Positions 1 to 6,887 of a stretch of DNA of 11,909 nucleotides are shown piece by piece (position 1 is the stretch's first letter; the number at the start of each line of letters is the position of its first letter). Made by a program: the position numbers and the translations under genes. Origin of the DNA: Candidatus Heimdallarchaeota archaeon (GTDB taxonomy: Archaea > Asgardarchaeota > Heimdallarchaeia > Hodarchaeales > Hodarchaeaceae); assembly GCA_019057635.1 (NCBI GenBank), contig DXJL01000194.1:1-11909 (forward strand), given 5' to 3'. The notes below the pieces were generated by a model. The model saw only the letters and a program-made list of their open reading frames with translations. It did no database searches and was not told the DNA's origin.

Positions 1-1557
1 ATGCTCTTAGGACCCGAAGGATTACTAAATTCAGTATTCATGACAGTTTTCTCAATTAGTAACCCCCCAATAACCCTCTATAAAACCTACGAAGGTATAA
101 TTCTGGTCCACGCGTTCTACAACATCCCCATTGTCTTGCGTCTGGTTTCAAGTGCTTGGTCAAATATTGATGTAGACACCGAAGAAGTAGCGACTACACT
201 GGGTAGTCGAGGATTACATTTTTTTCGTAATATTAGCTTTCCCCAGATAAGTACAGCGCTTTTAGCTAGTGCTATTCTCACATTTTTGTATAGTTTTACC
301 TCTTTTGCTATTGTACTTGCTCTTGGTGGAATACAATTTCGAACAATTGAGGTTCAAATATATTCGTTATACTTTTACAGATTTGATTATAATCAGGCAG
401 CTGCATTAGCTCTCGTCCAATTACTTATCACTTCTCTTCTCATAATTATCTACCTCACACTCTCTGAAAAATCTTTTCAACGTGATAAACAGGAATCGCT
501 ATCAAGCGTATCTAAAAGGAAAATTCTTAGAATAACAGGAGTTTATTTCTTATTATTGTTTTTAATCCTCGCTCAAGTTCATCCATTAATTATTGGTGTT
601 CTCGCTATGCTGGGAATATTATTCTGGATGTATGGTCAGTCTGGGCCTAATCTTGTAGGTGAAGTACGAAAACGTTCTCAAATTCCTTTACAAAACCTCT
701 ACTCAAGTCATAAGGTCAGATTACTTAGTATAATAGTATATATAGTTGGTTTGGCTTTTTTTCTCTTAATGCCAATAATTTTAATTTTTATCTATGCCTT
801 ATATGATCAACAAGTCGGAGGTTTTACTTTGGAGGGATTTTTCGACTTGATAGGACTGAAATTTACATCTACAGGGATTCAATGGATTGTTGAGCCTTTA
901 CCTGCATTAGGAGCAAGAACTACTGTTTTAAATCTGATCATTAATTCAGTTTTAATTGCTTTTTTAGCTGTGCTTATCTCCTCTATCTTGGGCATTCTTA
1001 CTGTCTATATCACGAGAAGATCGACCTTTTTTGGTACTCACCGTTCTTTAGCCTTATTTGTCACGTGGTCTTTATTGCTTCCTCTAATTATTTCCTCCAT
1101 TACTATGGCGTTGGGTTTATTGAGGGTATTTACATTAATTGACTTATCTGGGGAGATGGCTTGGATCCCTCTGGTTCTTGCTCATATCATTGCAGCTTTT
1201 CCCTTTGTTTCCCGCACCATCAGTACGTCTTATGATAAAATTGGATTGGATAGTCTAGAGATTGGTCAAACATTAGGGGCTTCTCGCTGGTTTTCATTCC
1301 GTCATATTGAACTGCCATTACTTATTCCAGGAATTATTGCTGGATCGATTTTCGCATTGGCGATTAGCTTTGGAGAATTTGGAGCCACATATCTTATGGC
1401 TCGATCAAAATTCAGTACTATGACTGTCGGTATCTACAAGTTTCTAGAAGCAAAACAATTACAAAATTCTGCGATTATGGCGTCAATATTAATCCTAATA
1501 TGTATTACGGCTTTTCTTTTAATTCAAAGAACAGGTAATGAAGAATTCTATTTATGA
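1..1557 (+). CDS. ABC transporter permease, ThiP/FbpB (thiamine/Fe3+) type with two MetI-like domains; probably 5'-truncated by the window edge
   Basis: Highly hydrophobic, with two EAA-loop regions (IDVDTEEVATTLGS and IGLDSLEIGQTLGAS) preceded by HAFYNIP and AHIIAAFP. Also carries FTSFAIVLALGG..TIEVQIY and SFGEFGAT motifs typical of ThiP-like permeases. The ORF begins at LLGPEGLLN, normally an internal segment, so the true start is likely upstream. Its stop overlaps the next start (ATGA 1554-1557). Confidence 0.88.
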   Translation: MLLGPEGLLNSVFMTVFSISNPPITLYKTYEGIILVHAFYNIPIVLRLVSSAWSNIDVDTEEVATTLGSRGLHFFRNISFPQISTALLASAILTFLYSFTSFAIVLALGGIQFRTIEVQIYSLYFYRFDYNQAAALALVQLLITSLLIIIYLTLSEKSFQRDKQESLSSVSKRKILRITGVYFLLLFLILAQVHPLIIGVLAMLGILFWMYGQSGPNLVGEVRKRSQIPLQNLYSSHKVRLLSIIVYIVGLAFFLLMPIILIFIYALYDQQVGGFTLEGFFDLIGLKFTSTGIQWIVEPLPALGARTTVLNLIINSVLIAFLAVLISSILGILTVYITRRSTFFGTHRSLALFVTWSLLLPLIISSITMALGLLRVFTLIDLSGEMAWIPLVLAHIIAAFPFVSRTISTSYDKIGLDSLEIGQTLGASRWFSFRHIELPLLIPGIIAGSIFALAISFGEFGATYLMARSKFSTMTVGIYKFLEAKQLQNSAIMASILILICITAFLLIQRTGNEEFYL

Positions 1558-2636
1558 AAAGGAGCAAAATAACTTTGAAAGACTACCTGACCTTATCAAC
1601 CATCTCAAAGGACTTCGAGGATGATTTCTCTCTCAAATCAATTTCTATCTCTCTAGCAAAAGGAGAAATCTTAGGAATTCTAGGGCCTTCAGGATGCGGG
1701 AAGACTACTCTCCTAAAACTCATTCTAGGATTAATTCACCCATCTGTGGGAGATATACAGGTAGAAGGGAGATCAATTTTATCAATCTCTCCAGAAAATC
1801 GTAATTTTGGGTATATTCCACAGAATCTCGCTCTTTTTTCTCACCTATCTGTTGCAGAGAATATCATGTTTGGGATGACTGCTCGTAAAGTCAATGTTGA
1901 AATCAGAAAAAAACGTCTTTCTGCCATTTTATCCCTTCTTAATTTGACCCACCTTAATACGAAGTTCCCCCATGAAATTTCTGGAGGTGAGCGACAAAGA
2001 ACTGCTCTTGGACGCGCACTTGCCCTTGAACCAGCATTAATCTTAATGGACGAACCATTAAGCTCATTGGACACAAAATTATCTCAGCAACTAAGATGGC
2101 AGATCAAACAAATTCTTAGAACCACTCAAAGTACAGCCATTTTTGTCACTCATAACCCTGGAGAAGCGATTTCTATCTGTGATCGTATTGCTATTATGGA
2201 CAACGGGAGCATATTACAAATTGACAAAGCGGACGAGCTTTTACGAAATCCTAAAGATCCTAAAGTTTTGGAAATCCTAGGCAAATCAAATATATTACCA
2301 ATTCATAAGAAAGAAACTAATTCTAATCAAACTGTTTTTCTTACAACATCGATTGGAGTTTTTCGATGCCCTCAGAACTATGATCCTGAAAAACTCAATG
2401 CAGCCTGGATTGCAGAGAATGACATACTGCTTGATTCTCCATCAAATGAAGATCACCATCAAATAACTGCTAAACTTCTAGGTACCGTCTGGGGACGAGT
2501 CAGGAATAGATTGATATTTCGAATGCCTGATAATGCACGACTTGTTGTCCAAGTACCTATTAATGTAAATTCGCTCCCACAGCCAGGGGAGAACAAAACA
2601 TTATATCTCCACTCAAGAAATTTAAAATGGATTTAG
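1554..2636 (+). CDS. ABC transporter ATP-binding subunit (PotA/FbpC/ThiQ-like) with C-terminal TOBE-like extension
   Basis: Walker A GPSGCGKT, Q-loop YIPQN, signature ISGGERQR, Walker B/D-loop ILMDEPLSSLD, H-loop FVTH. The ATGA overlap suggests translational coupling to the permease. Confidence 0.93.
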   Translation: MKRSKITLKDYLTLSTISKDFEDDFSLKSISISLAKGEILGILGPSGCGKTTLLKLILGLIHPSVGDIQVEGRSILSISPENRNFGYIPQNLALFSHLSVAENIMFGMTARKVNVEIRKKRLSAILSLLNLTHLNTKFPHEISGGERQRTALGRALALEPALILMDEPLSSLDTKLSQQLRWQIKQILRTTQSTAIFVTHNPGEAISICDRIAIMDNGSILQIDKADELLRNPKDPKVLEILGKSNILPIHKKETNSNQTVFLTTSIGVFRCPQNYDPEKLNAAWIAENDILLDSPSNEDHHQITAKLLGTVWGRVRNRLIFRMPDNARLVVQVPINVNSLPQPGENKTLYLHSRNLKWI

Positions 2637-2649
2637 GTAGAACGATTTC

Positions 2650-2670
2650 TTTCTATTCTCGTAATAGAAA
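2650..2670. terminator. Possible bidirectional terminator between convergent genes
   Basis: Perfect 8-bp inverted repeat TTTCTATT-(CTCGT)-AATAGAAA in the 56-nt gap between the ATPase stop (2636) and the Lrp-domain stop (2693). It presents T-rich tracts on both strands. Confidence 0.4.
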
Positions 2671-2692
2671 AATAAGAACGGAGCCAGAAAAC

Positions 2693-2941
2693 TTAAGAAT
2701 TATCCTCTAACGATTCACTAATTATTAAAGTTATTGATTTGGTTACACCAGATATTTTACGAACTTCTTTCGTGACAAAACTCCCTAGCGATTTGACATT
2801 TTTTGCTTTGACCTCAACATACAAATCATATTCACCGAAAGTTATTTTACAGTTCTTAACTTCATCTAACTCAAGAATTTGCTCTTTTACAGTATGTTCT
2901 GTTCCAGGCATAACACATAATAATATGACAGCATCTACCAT
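2693..2941 (-). CDS. Stand-alone Lrp/AsnC ligand-binding (RAM) domain protein, no HTH
   Basis: 82 aa with the RAM pattern A-V-I-L-L..PG...V...I..L.EV......FGEYDL.V.V..........V...R.I.GV.KS.T.I. An SD motif AAGGAG lies 9 nt upstream of the ATG. Confidence 0.9.
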   Translation of the reverse strand: MVDAVILLCVMPGTEHTVKEQILELDEVKNCKITFGEYDLYVEVKAKNVKSLGSFVTKEVRKISGVTKSITLIISESLEDNS

Positions 2942-2950
2942 CCGTCTTAG

Positions 2951-2956
2951 CTCCTT
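2951..2956 (-). promoter_or_regulatory. Shine-Dalgarno motif of the Lrp-domain gene
   Basis: Minus strand reads AAGGAG-ctaagacgg-ATG. Confidence 0.6.
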
Positions 2957-3281
2957 TTGATTACCAATTCAGCTCATTCGATTTATAGCAAGATAGACAG
3001 ATTTAATTTGGACTCAATTGAAAGAAAATTCATGAATTGTTTAAATTGTTTGGCAAATTAATTTAAGATTTAAAAAAAATATGAGAGATATTATTAGTGA
3101 ATCACTCATTAGATCATTTAGGATCATTAAATCCGATAGGCAAGTGAATATTTTTAATTATTTGGTATTTCAAGGTAATGGATTGAACATATGTAACTCT
3201 CTTAGTACTCCATCTTATTAAAAAATGCTTTGTAAACTTATTTCAGACTATTGTTAGAAATCAGCTTTAAATGGAATCAAA

Positions 3282-3971
3282 ATGTCCCAATTTCAAGAAC
3301 TACATCAACAACAATCGAACTTAGCCTTGATCTTTGATCGTCTTGGCATCACTCAAGAAATTCACTCGGTTAATTTTTCAAAGGAACTTAATTCAAAGGA
3401 ACTAGATGATTTATCCCTCATTATTGAGAAATTTAGTTTATTGCTCAATGAAATACCACCTGAAGAACTAGCTAGTAAAGTTATTCTGGATCAAAGACTC
3501 CTTATTCGCCTTGGTAATTATTTTACTATGTTAAATGACTTTGATCAAGCGCTTGGGCTTTATGAATTGAGTAACAAAGTGGAAGACAATGAATGGGCTT
3601 ATTATAATGCAGGTAAAATTCTATTCCAGCAAGAACAACTGGAATCTGCTTATTTGAAGTATGAACAGGCAATAAAATTGAAGCCTGATTTTTTACAAGC
3701 CATTAGAGCTCAAGCAGAGATTCTTTTGGAACAAGGACAACAGAAGAAAGCAATCCTAAAATTACAACAGAGTCAGAAAATTAATCCTAATGATCAAGTC
3801 ACCAACAGACTTTTAGCTGACTTCTATTTACAGAATGGAGAGAAAGACGAGGCCCTTACTCATTTAAAGGCGATTCACCATAAGGATGAACAGATTTTCG
3901 AACAAATTGATGAATTGGAACAATCAAAGAGTAAAACGGCTCGTTTTCGTAAATATTTTCGTCGAAATTAA
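3282..3971 (+). CDS. Tetratricopeptide repeat (TPR) protein, about 4 repeats
   Basis: Successive ~34-aa units: LIRLGNYFTMLNDFDQALGLYE, AYYNAGKILFQQEQLESAYLKYEQAIKLKPDF, AIRAQAEILLEQGQQKKAILKLQQSQKINPND, TNRLLADFYLQNGEKDEALTHL. Ends in a basic tail. Confidence 0.88.
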   Translation: MSQFQELHQQQSNLALIFDRLGITQEIHSVNFSKELNSKELDDLSLIIEKFSLLLNEIPPEELASKVILDQRLLIRLGNYFTMLNDFDQALGLYELSNKVEDNEWAYYNAGKILFQQEQLESAYLKYEQAIKLKPDFLQAIRAQAEILLEQGQQKKAILKLQQSQKINPNDQVTNRLLADFYLQNGEKDEALTHLKAIHHKDEQIFEQIDELEQSKSKTARFRKYFRRN

Positions 3972-3978
3972 TGGGCAG

Positions 3979-3988
3979 TTTTTCTTCT
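3979..3988 (+). terminator. Possible archaeal-type oligo-T terminator after the TPR gene
   Basis: TTTTTCTTCT begins 8 nt after the stop codon. Confidence 0.35.
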
Positions 3989-4100
3989 GTATTCTAGAAT
4001 AACAAACTGAAAGATTGATCATTGTTACGTTTATTTCTTATAACCAAAAGCAAGAAAGTTTTGAATACTTACTAGAATATAGTTTCTATGGAGAATACCG

Positions 4101-5918
4101 TTGAATTCTGTCATTTCTGACCTGATTATTCACCCCACAGTAAGACCTCAACAGCAGAGAACATATATTCAAATTCAAGAGAATTGGTCAAGATACTCTT
4201 CCTTCTTTTGCTCTTTACCCACGGGTTCAGGAAAAACAGATATTGCGGCATGTTTGTTATCCAATTATCTTCTCACAAATTCCAATGGGAAGATTGATAT
4301 TCTTGTCCCGTATAAAATGCATCAAGACTTTTGGTATTCTGTATTACAAAAGTATGGACGGAAACATGGGTTTTCTGTTGCTCTCTTAAAGGGAAGAGCA
4401 GCCTATTATTGTCCTATCATTAAATCTGGTGCTAATATCTCACCATGTGCTTTTAACCCACCGTACGCAAGAACTTGTCGATCTCGAAAACGTTGTCCTC
4501 TCCTCAACGCTCGACGGCTGATTAGAAAAAGCCAAGTTAGGATTCTTAATTGGTGGGTATTTAAATATGTAGATTTGGGAGAAGAAAAAGCCACTTTTCG
4601 AATATTCGATGAGGCACATAATCTATTAAATTTAGAAACCTTAGTGCGAGTTGAAATAAGCTTTTCATTGCTAAGATCGCTTACAGAAGACGAAAAATCA
4701 TTAGCAATATTCCGTAACTGGGAAAAAACTCTTTTAAAAGAAAAACAGTTCGCAGAAATCGATTTACAAGAAGGATTAGATTTTCTTCGTATGTTAAAGG
4801 GGGTATTAGCAAAAAAAGAGCTATTTATCGCAAAGCAGATGAATACAAGTCCTGATTCTATCAGCCTTGATAGCCTGAGGGAGTTAAAGCGAGTAACTGA
4901 ACTAGTTACAGCGATATCAGATCTTATTGAGAATCCTAATTCAGCTGACTTGGCTTTTTTTCTTCAGAGAGATAGATCTAAAGGTACACTAAAGCTTACT
5001 GTTCAGCCATTCGACATTGCTTACATATTTTCCAAATTATTTCGAGGAGGAAAAAACCTTTTTATGTCTGCTACTATCGGAGATGGTGAATATCTAGCGA
5101 AATTACTTGGAATGGATCCAAAACACTGTTTGTATATAAAAGAATCTTCTGCGTTTGATAAAAATAATCATCCCTTCGTATTACTTAAAGAGGCGAAAAA
5201 TCTTTCTACTGCAAATTCTAATAAGAAAAAATACACCTTTGAATTCATCCAAAAGTACGCTCAGCCATTTATGAATTTGTTGTATAAGAATAAACAACGT
5301 GGACTTATTTTAGCATCAAGTTTTGAACTTGCACGGTTAATGGAGGGTTTAGCACGTGCAAATGGATTAGTAGTTATAACTCATAGAGCAGGAAAATCTG
5401 ATACCGCTGTCAAATCATTCATTGATGCAAAAAAGGGTGATATTTTAATTACACCGTCGGCCTGGGAGGGGATTTCACTAGATGATGATTTAGCACGTCT
5501 ATGTCTGATCCCCAAAGTTCCTTTCCCAATGATGTTTGACCCAATTGTTCAAAGAAAGGTAAAAAAGTATCCTAATTTCCTTGAAAATGATGTACTAATC
5601 ACTATTCAACAAGCCCATGGACGAATCCAGCGTAATCCTGAAGATTGGGGAATGACTATATTCTTTGATGGAAATTTTCGCTGGTTGAAAAATAAACGGA
5701 AAAGTAGTTTGGAACCTTGGTTTCTTGATCGTATTACTGAAATTACTGTTCAGGAAACATTACATCTCTTTGAAAATATGCTTGAAACATCCAATAAAAG
5801 TCACAAGAAACGAGGAAGTTCTCAAAAGAGAAACAATTTTTCACGAATGAAAAAAACTGATCGTGATTGGCTTCAAACAAGTGGATTAGCTGATCTACTT
5901 TCAAAACCAGAAGAATAA
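4101..5918 (+). CDS. SF2 XPD/Rad3/DinG-family ATP-dependent DNA helicase with putative 4Fe-4S cluster
   Basis: Q motif VRPQQ, motif I LPTGSGKT, KGRAAYYC followed by three more Cys (C104, C116, C126, C132), motif II IFDEAHNL, III MSATI, V SAWEGISL, PKVPFP, VI QQAHGRIQRNPEDWG. TTG start preceded by GGAG. Confidence 0.92.
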   Translation: MNSVISDLIIHPTVRPQQQRTYIQIQENWSRYSSFFCSLPTGSGKTDIAACLLSNYLLTNSNGKIDILVPYKMHQDFWYSVLQKYGRKHGFSVALLKGRAAYYCPIIKSGANISPCAFNPPYARTCRSRKRCPLLNARRLIRKSQVRILNWWVFKYVDLGEEKATFRIFDEAHNLLNLETLVRVEISFSLLRSLTEDEKSLAIFRNWEKTLLKEKQFAEIDLQEGLDFLRMLKGVLAKKELFIAKQMNTSPDSISLDSLRELKRVTELVTAISDLIENPNSADLAFFLQRDRSKGTLKLTVQPFDIAYIFSKLFRGGKNLFMSATIGDGEYLAKLLGMDPKHCLYIKESSAFDKNNHPFVLLKEAKNLSTANSNKKKYTFEFIQKYAQPFMNLLYKNKQRGLILASSFELARLMEGLARANGLVVITHRAGKSDTAVKSFIDAKKGDILITPSAWEGISLDDDLARLCLIPKVPFPMMFDPIVQRKVKKYPNFLENDVLITIQQAHGRIQRNPEDWGMTIFFDGNFRWLKNKRKSSLEPWFLDRITEITVQETLHLFENMLETSNKSHKKRGSSQKRNNFSRMKKTDRDWLQTSGLADLLSKPEE

Positions 5919-6017
5919 TTACTTAATGCTTTCTAAGCGATACACTGAAATGGGGAAAAAACAAATATATTACTCGTAAACGTTTCTCGTTGAAGAAAGT
6001 AATTTGGAGAATTCCGC

Positions 6018-6866
6018 ATGCATTTCATGTTATATCCCCCCATTTCGGTTCAAGGAACAATAACAAGAGAATTAAATCTGCCAGGAATTGAAACACTTAA
6101 ATCATTTAGTGTAACTCCTGAAAAAATAAGTTTCACTATCAATCATAATGATTCCCTACAAACGATTGATGTTATTACTTTCAATTCCCCTATAACCGAT
6201 GTTAATTTTCGTATCAGTCCTGATGACGACTATCCGCTGGAATTAATGCCAATGGCCACAGTAGAGTTTCTCGAGGGATTCGCTCAGCTGATTGAGGGTT
6301 ATACACTCATTACAGAGGATGTTCCTGAGACTGGGTACTTAGAATTATTTCGAGGAGATGTTTACCCAATTTCCATTAGAAGAGCGGACAAGAATCTATA
6401 TGCTACTACTGCAGAATTACGTCCTTTGCGGAAAGATTACTTTGTTGCTCTCAATAACTTTCTCCAGATTGATTTTGAAGCGCAGCTAGAAACATCACTA
6501 GCGACATTTGTGGAGAACGTTCTACATCCAATGACGACAACAATGAAAGAGGTCTTCGCACTCGAAGAGAATAAAGAATGTGAAGATTCTGTAGTAACAG
6601 TCATCAAAGATGATTTTCATAGTTTAATCTCACGAACTGAAGAATTAATTAGCATTGTTGATTATAATATGGACCAAACAGCAGAACGGAATAAGGCATT
6701 CCTTCGTCTAAGCCTCCCAGTAATGCTGAAACAAGCGATTCTCGATAATATCAAAGATTTCGTACAATTTTCAAGAAAAGCAAACGCAATTTCATTGTCA
6801 ATCAACAAAAGAACAGAAATTACGGCCGAGGCTCTTGCTGACCTTATAACAAAGTTTTTCCATTAG
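6018..6866 (+). CDS. Hypothetical protein (acidic; beta-rich N-half, helical C-half)
   Basis: 282-aa ORF filling the gap between the helicase and the deaminase, GGAG upstream of ATG, globular-like composition. No family motif recognised. Confidence 0.8.
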   Translation: MHFMLYPPISVQGTITRELNLPGIETLKSFSVTPEKISFTINHNDSLQTIDVITFNSPITDVNFRISPDDDYPLELMPMATVEFLEGFAQLIEGYTLITEDVPETGYLELFRGDVYPISIRRADKNLYATTAELRPLRKDYFVALNNFLQIDFEAQLETSLATFVENVLHPMTTTMKEVFALEENKECEDSVVTVIKDDFHSLISRTEELISIVDYNMDQTAERNKAFLRLSLPVMLKQAILDNIKDFVQFSRKANAISLSINKRTEITAEALADLITKFFH

Positions 6867-6887
6867 ATTTTTCTTCTTTACCAATTT

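Noticed and set aside
1554-1557. TGA stop as possible selenocysteine recoding
   Set aside because: The permease is complete at this point and the TGA is part of an ordinary ATGA stop/start overlap. No SECIS-like element was recognised.
1841-2074. 77-aa minus-strand ORF
   Set aside because: Antisense shadow inside the ABC ATPase, with no recognisable motif.
1-2636. Assigning thiP/thiQ gene symbols
   Set aside because: The motifs fit ThiP-like permeases, but the substrate-binding protein and any TPP riboswitch lie outside the window, so thiamine versus iron or another substrate cannot be decided.
2739-2960. 73-aa plus-strand ORF
   Set aside because: Antisense to the well-supported Lrp/AsnC-domain gene; its Ser/Thr/Phe-rich composition is typical of a shadow frame.
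4406-4594. 62-aa minus-strand ORF
   Set aside because: Antisense within the helicase Fe-S region.
4101-5918. Helicase as type IV CRISPR CasDinG or part of a defence island
   Set aside because: No cas genes, CRISPR repeats, nuclease or methylase motifs appear in the window, and the neighbours are housekeeping-like.
5917-6004. AATTACTT / AAGTAATT inverted repeat flanking the helicase-unknown intergenic region (MITE-like?)
   Set aside because: Only 8 bp of AT-rich sequence with no target-site duplication, which is expected by chance.
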